The notes: a model not told the origin generated them from the letters alone. 32,000 nucleotides of DNA from an uncultured Chloroflexia bacterium (GCA_963704755.1 OY969938.1:690001-722000), one strand, 5' to 3'; positions 1 through 9,609 are shown, numbered from the stretch's first letter. Numbers and translations are program-made.

Positions 1-1173
1 GACCACTTTCAAACGAGTGGTGGCCTTCTTGCGTTTCTGTTTGCTCTTCGAAGTACGCACTTCGTGCCACAGATCCACCGCAAGCTTGTCCAGGTCGAGC
101 CGGCGCAAAACGTCGTAGAACGCCTCAGCGCCCATATCAGCCCGGAAGACCTGGCCCCAGCGCGATTTTAGTTCACGGTAGCGGCTCTCGCTCAAGAATG
201 TGAACGGGCGCAGTTCCTGCAGCTCGTCGCGCAGGTGCGAATTATTGGACTGCGACTGGCTGGATTGATCCTCCAGGTTGTTGCGCAGCAGTTCCATCTC
301 GGTCTCGGCCTGGGCGCGGATCTCTTCGATCTGCATCTTGATCTGTTCCAGTTCACGCTGGACCTGATCCTTGAATTCGTTCTCCAACTCTTCCAGGCGT
401 TCTTTGACCACGCGCTGGACCCGGCCGATCGCCTGGGTCGAGATGGATCCACCGGCAGGAACGATTTCGACGTTGGCCGAAGCGAACACAATCGGGGTGC
501 GGGTGACCGTGCCGTCTTTTTCCTGGAGCTGGCGCTCCAGCGATTGGCCTTCCTGAATGACCGGCTCTAATTTCTGGGCGATCATCTCATCGCGGCGATT
601 TTCCAGGTCCTGGCGGCGCTGAGTCAATTCGCCGACCTTGTGGTCGCGGGCCTGTTTAACTTCCAAAATACGCGAGTTGATTTCGGTAGCCTGTTCACGC
701 TCCGAAACGCTGATCTCGTCCTCCAGCCGTTTGAGGGCCTTCTGGCGAGCATCTTCATCGACATAGGTCACAATGTATTGGGCGAAGTACAGCACGCGGT
801 CCAGGTTACGGCGGGAAATATCCAGGAGCAATCCCAGGTAAGAAGGCACCCGGCGCGTATACCAGATGTGTGCCACTGGCGTAGCCAGTTCGATATGCCC
901 CATCCGCTCACGGCGAACCGAGGAGCGGGTTACTTCAACACCACACTTATCGCAAATAATCCCTTTATAACGGGGATTTTTATACTTTCCACAGTAACAT
1001 TGGTAATCACGGGTTGGGCCAAAAATCGCTTCGCAAAACAAACCATCCTTTTCCGGGCGGAGCCGGCGATAATTGATGGTTTCGGGTTTAAGAACCTCCC
1101 CATAGGACCAGCTACGAATGGTCTCCGGCGATGCAAGGCTGATACGTAATGCGGTTAGACTTTTCGTTTCCAC
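1..1173 (-). CDS. rpoC: DNA-directed RNA polymerase beta-prime subunit, N-terminal 391 codons (gene continues past the left edge)
   Basis: Absent from the ORF track because it is open at the window edge. Minus-strand translation from GTG at 1173 (AGGAGG at 1181-1186, 7-nt spacer) reads [104 protein letters not shown]. This is the conserved beta-prime N-terminus, including the CxC...CxxC zinc motif. It later reads [18 protein letters not shown]...[12 protein letters not shown], equivalent to E. coli AKMGAEAIQALLKSMDLE...KRKKLTKRIKLL. The frame is exact (1173 = 391 x 3) with no stops. Confidence 0.95.
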   Translation of the reverse strand, partial: METKSLTALRISLASPETIRSWSYGEVLKPETINYRRLRPEKDGLFCEAIFGPTRDYQCYCGKYKNPRYKGIICDKCGVEVTRSSVRRERMGHIELATPVAHIWYTRRVPSYLGLLLDISRRNLDRVLYFAQYIVTYVDEDARQKALKRLEDEISVSEREQATEINSRILEVKQARDHKVGELTQRRQDLENRRDEMIAQKLEPVIQEGQSLERQLQEKDGTVTRTPIVFASANVEIVPAGGSISTQAIGRVQRVVKERLEELENEFKDQVQRELEQIKMQIEEIRAQAETEMELLRNNLEDQSSQSQSNNSHLRDELQELRPFTFLSESRYRELKSRWGQVFRADMGAEAFYDVLRRLDLDKLAVDLWHEVRTSKSKQKRKKATTRLKVV

Positions 1174-1285
1174 TAATTCGCCTCCTGAACTGGAACCCTG
1201 GTATTAAACAAGTATAAACGCTCGAGACATCTCTCAGGCGTTAATTTCCGTTAAAAGGGCACTCATAACACACATGCAAACTGAA

Positions 1286-1313
1286 ATTATATCACAAATT
1301 AACAGAATTCAAG
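1286..1313 (-). promoter_or_regulatory. Candidate sigma-70-type promoter for rpoC (-35 CTTGAA region, TG-extended -10 TATAAT)
   Basis: The minus strand reads ...CTTGAATTCTGTTAATTTGTGATATAATTTCAG. TATAAT lies at 1291..1286, preceded by TGa (extended -10), and a TTGA-containing -35 lies about 16-17 nt upstream. A second TATAAT (1411..1406) with TTGGAA 18 nt upstream is an alternative. Sequence pattern only. Confidence 0.35.
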
Positions 1314-1541
1314 TAGTCAATTTGAATTAAATTAAATATTTTAAGATTTATTTTTTTACCCCACTGATCGACGTTTGTGCCCTATGCAATCTTCAGACGC
1401 CCCATATTATACCTCTTTCTGTTAGGGTTTTCCAATTAGAAAGAGAGTGTTTTTCTTTCTTTTTTTCTCCGTGAACTCTGTGGCTCCGTGGTTTTATCCT
1501 CTCCACGCTCTCTGCGCCTCTGCGGTTAATTTTCTCTCCCC

Positions 1542-4500
1542 CTACTCCGCAAAATCCACGGTCGGCGTCAGGTTCATGGGAAATTCGATGCTGAAGGTGC
1601 TGCCTTTGCCTAAATAGCTCTCCACGGTGACTTTTCCGTGGTGCCGTTCGGCGATCTTCTTTACGATCGTCAGGCCCAGGCCGGTGCCACGCTGGTCGAA
1701 GGCCTCTCGCCGGCCGGAGCGGTAGAAACGGTCGAACAGGCGGTTCAGGTCCACCGGCGCGATCCCGATCCCTGAATCGGCCACCTCGATCTTGACCATG
1801 TCTTCCTCCTGCAGCAGCCGCACCGTGACCTCGCCGTTCGAGCGGGTGTATTTGATGGCGTTATCCACCAGGTTGATCAAGGCTTGCTGTAACAACGCTG
1901 CGTCGGCAAACAGATTAATCCGCTTACCCTCCGGCAAGCCAACAAATTTTAGCTGGATATTCTTCTGGGCTGCCTGCGGGTAATACTGCTTGAAGACCTT
2001 CTCGACGATCGAATCCAGGGTGACTTCCTCCAGATTCAGGCTGATCCCCGCTTCGATCCGGCCCAGGTCCAACAGGTTGCTGACCAGGTGGGTCATATTC
2101 TCGATCCCGCCGACCATCTTGTTGATATAGTTCTTTTGCTGTTCGTTCAAATCCCCCACCATGGTCAACATGGTCGTATACCCGCGCATCAATGTCAGTG
2201 GTGTTCGCAAGTCGTGGCTGACGGTGGTAACGAACTCGGATTTGATCGTATCCAGTTCCTTGTAATGGGTAATATCGCGCATCACAATTACTTTCCCTAA
2301 CTGGAAATCTTCTCCGGTCACGGGTGCCACGCTCACCTGGAACATGCGCGAATTCGACAGGCTGATCTCGCGCGAGACAACCCGGTCCTCGATCGGCAAC
2401 GCGACCATCTCGACCAGGTCGTTCGACAAAAGCACTTCCCGTACCGCGGCGCCTGGATTATCCGAACTGACCAACCCCGGCACCTGTTTGGCGGCCGGGT
2501 TCAGCAAGAGCAGGCGGTCTTTTTCATCGAAAACCAGCACCGGCTCAGGCGCTGAGTTCAAAACTGCCTCGAAGCGGCGCCGCCCAACCTCGGCCGAAGC
2601 GTACAGGCGGGTATTCGCTGCCGCCAAAGCCGCCTCGTTCGCCAGTGTGCTGTAAAAGCGCACTTCATCCTGGGTGTACGAGTGCGGCTGGTCGAAGCCG
2701 ATCCACAAGACGCCGTAATAATTGTTCTCGAAGCGCAGGGAAAAAGCGATCAGCGACATGGGGCTCGGTTTTCCGGCGGTATTGATAATCCTGCGAATGC
2801 GGGCGGTATTGGAAATCGTCAGCACATCCTGGCTGCGCATCAGTTCGAAAATCTGGCTGTCCAAATATGCAAATAAGTCGGCGGCATCACCAATGGAGAA
2901 GGTGGTAAACTGGCCGTCGTTCATTTCCATGGTCACCCCTGGGGTCAGCACGACCCTTACCGAGATGGCGTTCTCGCCCTGGGCCGCCCGCAGAATGGGT
3001 TGAACCGCGTCGCCCACGTTGAGGTTAGACGCCACACCCTGGCTGACCTCCAGCAATTTGGTCTGTTCCTCCAGCCGCAGCTTTAAGCTCAGGCGCATCT
3101 GCTCGAAAGACTTTCCCAGGCGCCCGACTTCATCCACACCCGAAAACTCCACGGCCGAATCCAACTGCCCTTCGGCAATCAGGCTGGCCTGCAGAGAAAG
3201 CTGGTGCAGTTTGCGGGTCACTGAAAGCAGGCCGACCCGGGCGAACAAAATAATCAACCCAAACAGAACCATCAGGATGAGCAGCATCGGGACGGCAATT
3301 TCCAGGGCAATCTGCTGGGCGGCCTGGGCCGGCATACTGGTCAAAATACCCCAGGGACGGCCGACTACCGGCTGATAATACACCAGTTGGCGCGTGCCGG
3401 TCGAAGAAACGTCCTCATAGAAGCTTTCCACGTCACTAACCTGCCCTACATACTGGTCCGCCACGCTGAGCGCAGAGGTATCCAGGGTCTGGTAGAGCAC
3501 CTTGTGGTCCTCGTCCAGGATATACCCTTCGCCGCCATCCTTGGCCACGCCTTCGAGCGCATTCAAAGCCGGTTGGGTAAACGGGTTCGATTCCAGGTCG
3601 GTCCGGCCCAAGAGCACACCTTCCACCTCTCCGGACGCGTCACGGATCGCGGCGATAAACGAGACCTGGGCTGATTTTTCACCCGAGGCCGGTGGAATGG
3701 TGTAGGTCTGGATCATGACGCCTTCGGTGGCCAGCCCCAGGCCGGTTTGTTCATCCAGGCTCAGCTTGGACTGCTCCAAATCCGATTTGGGGTAGCCCGC
3801 GACCAGGTTCAAGGTCGAGTCGAACACAAAGAACTGCCGGAAAAACGGGGCTGTCTGGATCCGGTTGGCCAATTCCTCCTGAACAATTGCCGGTGAAGAC
3901 GAAAGCAAATCCGGCTGGGCCATATCCGTGACCAGGCTTTGGCCGACCTCCAGAAAATAGGGCAGCCCATCTGCCGCAATTTTTGAGGTGCTGGATAGCC
4001 GTGATTCGATCATCTTGTGGGCCGCACTGCCGGCCACCAGCCAATCGCTGACAATCAGGACGATCAACAAGGCGATGCCCAAAGGGATCGTGGTGGCCGT
4101 CACCCGGGTTTGCAGGCTGGATTCGGCCGGGGAGGGTTTCAATTCATGCGGCCGCGGCCAAATTGAGGGGAAGATCAGGTAAATCAGTTCGACGACCAGC
4201 CCGGCAGCGATCAACTCCAACCCACGTGCCAGGATGCGGAACCAGTTCTGGGTTAAGGCAAAATCTAATCGCTCGGCCAATGAGCCGGGGATCGTAAAAA
4301 ATGAACCCCACAGATAAATCGGTATGACAGCGATACTGATCGCTGCCGCTGCACCCAACGGGTGGCGCAGCACCTTGTAGAACCAGGTGCGATAATTTTG
4401 CCCGACCGCCATTCCCAGGAACAGCCCCACCCCGGCCATTTCCAGGGGAGTAAAGATGCTGTGCGAGCCGAATATGGCCAGCGCCAACCCACTCAACAGG

Positions 4501-4850
4501 CCAATGAAAGTTGCACCGACCGGTCCCAGAAAACCCGCCGCCAGCATGATCGGCAGCGCGAAGAACGGCATCAACACCGGCTGGACGCTTTCCACCGGCA
4601 AATTGGGTACCGGCACCAATCCGCTGGTGGCTACTTTTAGATTCAAATAAAGGGTGCACAAGGGCGCCAGAACGATAAATAATCCGTACAGGAAGGCTTT
4701 GTGTAAGGGTGTTTCTCTGGTTTTTCCCCAATAATGGATCATGCCCCAGGCCAATAACCCAACCATAAACAGCCATCCTGCCCAGCCGATCCATTGGAAA
4801 GGCAGGTCGATGTAAGGGGTTGAAGTTAGCCTCGATATCTGTGTGATCAT
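1542..4850 (-). CDS. Large membrane sensor histidine kinase: N-terminal multi-TM block, extracytoplasmic Cache-like region, HAMP, GAF-like, PAS, HisKA, HATPase_c
   Basis: 1102-aa ORF. The H-box is FVTTVSHDLRTPLTLMRGY, the N-box LVDNAIKYT, G1 DSGIGI and G2 GTGLGLTIVKKIAERHHG. About 6-7 hydrophobic helices fill the first ~280 aa. A further TM helix (LLILMVLFGLIILFA) precedes a HAMP-like linker. The ATG at 4850 directly abuts the upstream stop (TGAATG). Confidence 0.9.
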   Translation of the reverse strand: MITQISRLTSTPYIDLPFQWIGWAGWLFMVGLLAWGMIHYWGKTRETPLHKAFLYGLFIVLAPLCTLYLNLKVATSGLVPVPNLPVESVQPVLMPFFALPIMLAAGFLGPVGATFIGLLSGLALAIFGSHSIFTPLEMAGVGLFLGMAVGQNYRTWFYKVLRHPLGAAAAISIAVIPIYLWGSFFTIPGSLAERLDFALTQNWFRILARGLELIAAGLVVELIYLIFPSIWPRPHELKPSPAESSLQTRVTATTIPLGIALLIVLIVSDWLVAGSAAHKMIESRLSSTSKIAADGLPYFLEVGQSLVTDMAQPDLLSSSPAIVQEELANRIQTAPFFRQFFVFDSTLNLVAGYPKSDLEQSKLSLDEQTGLGLATEGVMIQTYTIPPASGEKSAQVSFIAAIRDASGEVEGVLLGRTDLESNPFTQPALNALEGVAKDGGEGYILDEDHKVLYQTLDTSALSVADQYVGQVSDVESFYEDVSSTGTRQLVYYQPVVGRPWGILTSMPAQAAQQIALEIAVPMLLILMVLFGLIILFARVGLLSVTRKLHQLSLQASLIAEGQLDSAVEFSGVDEVGRLGKSFEQMRLSLKLRLEEQTKLLEVSQGVASNLNVGDAVQPILRAAQGENAISVRVVLTPGVTMEMNDGQFTTFSIGDAADLFAYLDSQIFELMRSQDVLTISNTARIRRIINTAGKPSPMSLIAFSLRFENNYYGVLWIGFDQPHSYTQDEVRFYSTLANEAALAAANTRLYASAEVGRRRFEAVLNSAPEPVLVFDEKDRLLLLNPAAKQVPGLVSSDNPGAAVREVLLSNDLVEMVALPIEDRVVSREISLSNSRMFQVSVAPVTGEDFQLGKVIVMRDITHYKELDTIKSEFVTTVSHDLRTPLTLMRGYTTMLTMVGDLNEQQKNYINKMVGGIENMTHLVSNLLDLGRIEAGISLNLEEVTLDSIVEKVFKQYYPQAAQKNIQLKFVGLPEGKRINLFADAALLQQALINLVDNAIKYTRSNGEVTVRLLQEEDMVKIEVADSGIGIAPVDLNRLFDRFYRSGRREAFDQRGTGLGLTIVKKIAERHHGKVTVESYLGKGSTFSIEFPMNLTPTVDFAE

Positions 4851-6218
4851 TCAGGCCTGTTTTACAGCTTGCCGGTGAGATTCCCGCTCCAGGTGAGGTA
4901 AACCCGCTTTTTTATTATAGCCATTCCAGGCAAGCTGGTAGAGAATCCCTTGACCCTGCTCTGCAATAGCGCCTGCCGCTTCCAGCCAATTGCGGTCTAA
5001 TTGATCCGCCTCGCGGAAGCACGACTTGCTGTAACTCCTCAGCTCCTCCGGATGGGCCTGATCGATTTGCCCGGCGTTTTGGTAAAATCGCGCTTCAAGT
5101 TCATCCCGCTGTCCGGAAAAACTGGCGATTCTCTGGGGATAGGAGCGCAAAATTGTACGGTGGAGCAATTCGTGCCGCCAATACAAGCTGGATAGATCGT
5201 ATTTCCCGGCCGGCGCAGGGCCCATATCCGGCAAACCGGCTGTGAACCAGACCGGTTTGAATACGCTCGTGCAGGGCGCCGAGGTGGCCGTAACCCAGTG
5301 GGTAATAGCTCCCTCGCGTAAATAGGAGACCATCGATCCAACCGACTGGCTGGCTCGCACCGGGCCAAAGCCGGCGTGCATGCATACCTCTGCGCCCAGG
5401 ATGCCTTTGCCTGGGTTTCGCGGTTTGCCCGGTGTTAGCCCGTGCGAACGTAAAAAGGCAAACATATGCTCCGGGGTAAGCTGGCCGGCCGCCGCCTGCA
5501 TTGCGCCGGTCGTACAGGCCTTCCGCTTGCACAAATTGCTCAAACCGGTATAAAGCGGGTCGGCGTAGCAGCGCGCGAAGTCGAAATCCGCCTTCGATTT
5601 GCACCAGCCCCGGTCGATGGCGTAAGGGATGAGCTCGTTTGAAGCCAGGTCCATCTGCGCGCCGATGGTCAGCCCATTGGAGATCGAGCGGATGGTTTTG
5701 ACTTTCTCCGCCGCCCAATGCCGGCCGGCCGTTTCAAGGACCCAGGCCTGGTGCGTGTCCGCCAGCAGGAAACTGTTGTGATAATAAAATGGGTGGTCGA
5801 AGCCGCAGTTACCGCCCTGGCCGTACTTCTCCAACAGGCCAATGATCACCCACATGGCCTCTTCGGCGGTTACTGCCCGTTCGAGCGCCAGGCGAATAAA
5901 GTCCATCCCGATCAGGCCGGCGCCTTTTTGATACGGCACCCTGGTAAAGACCGCCTCGTTGCCAATCGTGAGCCCATACTCGTTTGCGCCCATTTCGGCG
6001 CCCCAAATCCAGAATGGTTTTGCCAGCAGGACGGCGTGTGTATGCTCCACCTGTGGTATTTCGACATAGGTACATTGGACCATCTCGCCTGGCTGGTGAT
6101 CCGCAGCGGGAACCAGAATCACCTCATGGGCCTCGTTTGGCTCCCGGTCCGAGTTCTTGGCAAAAATTACCGAACCATCACGAGTTGAATTTCCCAATGC
6201 AACGAACGTATCACACAT
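4851..6218 (-). CDS. Secernin-like Ntn-hydrolase peptidase (peptidase family C69-like)
   Basis: 455 aa starting MCDTFVALGNSTRDGSVIFAKNSDREPNEAHEV, so Cys2 would be the N-terminal nucleophile. The blocks AADHQPGEMVQCTYVEIPQV, PFWIWGAEMGANEYGLTIGNEA, GMDFIRLALERA, LLEKYGQGGN and AWVLETAGRHWAAEKV match my memory of human secernin-1 almost block for block. AGAGG lies 7 nt upstream of the ATG. No signal peptide. Confidence 0.88.
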   Translation of the reverse strand: MCDTFVALGNSTRDGSVIFAKNSDREPNEAHEVILVPAADHQPGEMVQCTYVEIPQVEHTHAVLLAKPFWIWGAEMGANEYGLTIGNEAVFTRVPYQKGAGLIGMDFIRLALERAVTAEEAMWVIIGLLEKYGQGGNCGFDHPFYYHNSFLLADTHQAWVLETAGRHWAAEKVKTIRSISNGLTIGAQMDLASNELIPYAIDRGWCKSKADFDFARCYADPLYTGLSNLCKRKACTTGAMQAAAGQLTPEHMFAFLRSHGLTPGKPRNPGKGILGAEVCMHAGFGPVRASQSVGSMVSYLREGAITHWVTATSAPCTSVFKPVWFTAGLPDMGPAPAGKYDLSSLYWRHELLHRTILRSYPQRIASFSGQRDELEARFYQNAGQIDQAHPEELRSYSKSCFREADQLDRNWLEAAGAIAEQGQGILYQLAWNGYNKKAGLPHLERESHRQAVKQA

Positions 6219-6247
6219 TCAAAGACCTCTTCGGGGATTGTTTTCAG

Positions 6248-7351
6248 TCAGGCATGAATTGGAAAAAAGACTTCGACGGAGGTGGTCTGGCCGGGTTGGC
6301 TTTGAATGCTCATCGTCCCGCCGTGAATCTCGGCCAATTCTTTGACGATCTCCAGGCCCATCCCAATGCCGGTGCGCTCGTACCCTTTGCGGTCGAACTG
6401 GATGTACCCGCCTACGCCGGCAATTTGCTCGGCCGTCATTCCCACTCCGTAATTTCTAATTATAAACTGGTACTGATTTTTAACCAGCACAACCCGCCCG
6501 GAAATCTGGATTGGTGAACTTTTCGGCGAATATTTCAGGGCATTGTCCAACAATTCCTCGACGATTTTTTGTAAATAGACCTCTGAAATACAGGCCGGGC
6601 TGTCTTCCAATTCCAGGTTCAGGTCGTGCTCACGGCCCTGGTCGAGCGCCAGCGCCTGGCTGATCTCTTCGATGACCGCCTTGACCGAGACGATATGCGA
6701 ATTCCTGGCCCTGACCAGCCGGTCCGAATCGACCAGGATCAGTTCCAAATCGGCATACAAGAGATAGCGCTGGATCGAACGCAGCAGTTTTTGGGCAGCA
6801 TCGTGAATCTCGGTGATGCTCTCGTAAATTTCAGCATTTCCATCTTCCGCATTTTGCTGCTGGACCAATTGCCCTGAGTGGCCCAAAATCACACTTAACG
6901 GGCCTAGTAATTCGTGCGGCAGTGAACGCGAGATATTGGTCCGCAGTTCGGCCAATTTCTTTTGCGCCTGTGAGACCAGCAAATCCTGCTTCATCAGGCG
7001 GGTCTCGACTGCCATCAGCAGTTCGAGGCGGGTAAACGGCTTGGTGATGTAATCATCCGCCCCCAGGGTCATCCCTTTACGCTGGTCACTGCGCTGAGAT
7101 TTGGCCGTCAGGAAAATGAATGGAATGGAAGCGGTGGTGGAATTCTTCGTCATCACATTCAAAACCGCATACCCATCCACCGCCGGCATGAGGATGTCAC
7201 AGATGATCAGGTCCGGCAGTTCCTCCCAGATTTTGCGAATCCCCTCTTCTCCATCTTGAGCGCCAATAGCCTGGTAACCTTCTTCACTCAGCAGTTCGAT
7301 GATGTTTTCACGAATATCCTGCTCATCTTCGATTACAAGTATTTTTCTCAT
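6248..7351 (-). CDS. Hybrid receiver (REC) - histidine kinase
   Basis: 367 aa. The N-terminal CheY-like domain has an intact acidic pocket (VIEDEQ), an acceptor Asp (LIICDILMP), LTAK and TKP. It is followed by an H-box-like SLPHELLGPLSVILGHS, an N-box LLDNALKYS and G2 GIGMGLEIVKELAEIHGG. The G1 box is degenerate (RNYGVG). Confidence 0.88.
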   Translation of the reverse strand: MRKILVIEDEQDIRENIIELLSEEGYQAIGAQDGEEGIRKIWEELPDLIICDILMPAVDGYAVLNVMTKNSTTASIPFIFLTAKSQRSDQRKGMTLGADDYITKPFTRLELLMAVETRLMKQDLLVSQAQKKLAELRTNISRSLPHELLGPLSVILGHSGQLVQQQNAEDGNAEIYESITEIHDAAQKLLRSIQRYLLYADLELILVDSDRLVRARNSHIVSVKAVIEEISQALALDQGREHDLNLELEDSPACISEVYLQKIVEELLDNALKYSPKSSPIQISGRVVLVKNQYQFIIRNYGVGMTAEQIAGVGGYIQFDRKGYERTGIGMGLEIVKELAEIHGGTMSIQSQPGQTTSVEVFFPIHA

Positions 7352-7380
7352 GAGGACGAATCGATTACGGGATGGAGGAT

Positions 7381-9609
7381 TTATTCATCGATGGAGGGAG
7401 GCAGCGGTAAGCAGACGATAAAATCCGTTCCGCCTCCTTCTCTGGATCTGAATTCAATGGTCCCGTTTAACAATTCTACTGACTTTTTTACAATCGTCAA
7501 ACCCAATCCGTTGCCGGGTACCTGGGCTACCGCTTTCGAGCGAAAGAAGGGTTCGTATAGATTCTTTTTATCGGCCTCAGAAATGCCAATACCGCGATCG
7601 CGGACGACAAACTTGATTTGATCCGCGGTGGTCTTCAACTCTACCAGGACGTCAGTCCCGGCCGGTGAATATTTGACCGCGTTCGATAAAAGGTTATCGA
7701 GGATACTTTGGACCGAATTCCGATCGATGCGGATAATCCCGGCATTTCCCGCGATCATCAAGCGGATATCGTGTTTTTCCCGGTCGATGCTGCGGATATC
7801 CCGGATCACTTCTTTACATAAACCGGCAATATCGTATTCTTCCAAGAGTAACGAGTGGCGGCTGTAGTACTGCTGGTTCACTTCCAGGATCTGGTCGAGC
7901 ATTTGGACGATCCGTGTCGCTGCCTTGGCAATCCGCCGGATGTGCTCCACCTGTTTTTCCCGGCTCCAATGGTCGCTATAATTCTCCAGCAGTTCGGCCG
8001 AGGACAAAATCGTGCTGAGCGGCGTTTTGAATTCGTGGGTAGTCATGGTCAACAAACGGTAACGCAGGTCATTGACCTCCCGCTCGGCAGACAGGGCCCG
8101 CTGCAAATTCTCTTCGATGCGGCGCCGGTCGGTGATATCTCGGGCAATGCCCATGATACTCTCGATCCGCCCGGCCGGGTCACGGACCGGCACCAGCCAG
8201 GTCCCTAACCAGACCGATTTAAGATCCAGGTCGGCTTTATATTCTACATACAGCGGCTTGCCGGTGCGGACCACCTGCTGGATGAGATCATTGCGGATCA
8301 ATTCGGCTATTTTTCCCGGCTTGTATTGGTCAACCTCCTGCTCGGAAAATCCGAGCGCATTCCGGGCAAAGCTGTTCAGGTATTCCAGACGTGAATCAGG
8401 GGAGATCAAAAAGATGATATCGTGCGAAGCCTCGGCCAGACTGCGGTAGCGTTTTTCACTGCGCATAATTTCTTCTGCCGCCCGAATTTGTTCGGTGACC
8501 TCGAGGAAATAGCCGGTGGCCCCGATCGGGTTTCCTGGCTCGTCAAGGACAACTTCGATTACGTCGTGGATGTAATGATATAACCCATCGATGAACTTCA
8601 TGCGGTAATCGAGCTGGCAGGCACCCGCAGAGTTGAGCAGGTCCAACCCGGCCAGCACTTTCTTGCGATCGTCCGGGTGGACCTTGGTCATCCAGAAGCC
8701 CGGATGACCGATGAACTCCTCGGCCGAAAAGCCGGTCCGTTCCCGGACGTTCTCGCTCATGTATTGGATGATGTTCGGGTAATGAAATGTGGATGAATAG
8801 ATCACTACCGGGCTGACCTGCATCAGGCGCTGGAACAGCTCTTTGGCTTCCCGCAGATTTAACTCAGCAAGCTTCAGGTCGGTCACATCCCGGGCGATGA
8901 CCATAATATTTATCTGGGCCAGTCCTGGCAACGGCAACGGGATCAGGGAAACGTCCAGCCACTTCTCCTCACTGGCGGCAATCCAATGAGAGATGTAGCG
9001 GATCTTTTTTCTGCCTGCCGTTACCTGCCGCATATTCTCGAAGAAATCCGGAAAGGAAGCTGCGAGGTACGCCTGGGGAACCTGCTGCCCGATTATCTGC
9101 GGGCGATCCAGTTCGAAAACCATCGCAGCGGCCGGGTTGGCGTACAAAATCGTCCAATTTGTATCGAACACAAAGATGATATTATCGGTTCCCTCGGATA
9201 CTTCGGGGAACCAGGCAATGTTGTCTAAAATTGCCCCTGAGACGGATTGTGACAGAAACCTGGCTTCCAGTTTCTCGAGCAGATCCATTACCCCCCGCGG
9301 CAGCCCATCCCAACTGACCACACGCTCGTAGCCCTGGGCCAGGCCGTCCAGGACGAGGCGCTCTTCGAAACGGTCTACTACCAGGATAGCCGGCCAATTG
9401 GCCAAGCCCTCCAGGCGGAGCGCTTCGCGGTTTTCGTTCGCGCTTGTTTCGTCCCGGTAACGAACGAGGCTTATGCCCGGTCGGTCCCCAACAACCTGGC
9501 CTGGGCTGTGTAATTCATATTCGCAACCGGCCTGATCCAGCATCTCTCGGATGGTGCGGATTTCATCCTCAGAAAATCCATACCCGATTATTTGGCCAGC
9601 CGATTGCAT
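7381..9609 (-). CDS. Multi-PAS sensor histidine kinase (cytoplasmic, no obvious TM segments)
   Basis: 742 aa. The H-box is THEFKTPLSTILSSAELL, the N-box LLSNAVKYS, G1 DRGIGI and G2 GNGLGLTIVKKSVELLNG. Three PAS-like repeats each end in a ...ARD(V/I)TD... motif. The first ~120 aa look like a degenerate flavodoxin/REC-like fold (tentative). GGGAGG lies 4 nt upstream of the ATG at 9609. Confidence 0.88.
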   Translation of the reverse strand: MQSAGQIIGYGFSEDEIRTIREMLDQAGCEYELHSPGQVVGDRPGISLVRYRDETSANENREALRLEGLANWPAILVVDRFEERLVLDGLAQGYERVVSWDGLPRGVMDLLEKLEARFLSQSVSGAILDNIAWFPEVSEGTDNIIFVFDTNWTILYANPAAAMVFELDRPQIIGQQVPQAYLAASFPDFFENMRQVTAGRKKIRYISHWIAASEEKWLDVSLIPLPLPGLAQINIMVIARDVTDLKLAELNLREAKELFQRLMQVSPVVIYSSTFHYPNIIQYMSENVRERTGFSAEEFIGHPGFWMTKVHPDDRKKVLAGLDLLNSAGACQLDYRMKFIDGLYHYIHDVIEVVLDEPGNPIGATGYFLEVTEQIRAAEEIMRSEKRYRSLAEASHDIIFLISPDSRLEYLNSFARNALGFSEQEVDQYKPGKIAELIRNDLIQQVVRTGKPLYVEYKADLDLKSVWLGTWLVPVRDPAGRIESIMGIARDITDRRRIEENLQRALSAEREVNDLRYRLLTMTTHEFKTPLSTILSSAELLENYSDHWSREKQVEHIRRIAKAATRIVQMLDQILEVNQQYYSRHSLLLEEYDIAGLCKEVIRDIRSIDREKHDIRLMIAGNAGIIRIDRNSVQSILDNLLSNAVKYSPAGTDVLVELKTTADQIKFVVRDRGIGISEADKKNLYEPFFRSKAVAQVPGNGLGLTIVKKSVELLNGTIEFRSREGGGTDFIVCLPLPPSIDE

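Noticed and set aside
192-1149. Track ORFs 192..491(-), 235..570(+), 371..556(+), 640..1149(+) and 930..1136(-) at the left end
   Set aside because: All overlap the strongly conserved, stop-free rpoC frame on the minus strand (1..1173). Their translations are low-complexity or Arg/Leu-rich, as expected for off-frame or antisense readings of a real gene.
1436-1470. AGAAAG/CTTTCT hairpin followed by a T-run on the plus strand (terminator-like)
   Set aside because: The stem is only 6 bp and AT-rich. No plus-strand gene precedes it, and on the relevant minus strand it lacks a U-tract. It is probably just part of the pyrimidine-rich spacer.
6216-6229. 14-nt identity CATTCAAAGACCTC at 6216-6229 and 25840-25853 (the start regions of the peptidase and epimerase genes)
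   Set aside because: By rough estimate, one or two 14-mer coincidences are expected by chance in 32 kb. Both copies are simply SD-spacer-ATG regions (GAGGTCTTTGAATG). There is no flanking similarity, so this is not a repeat element.
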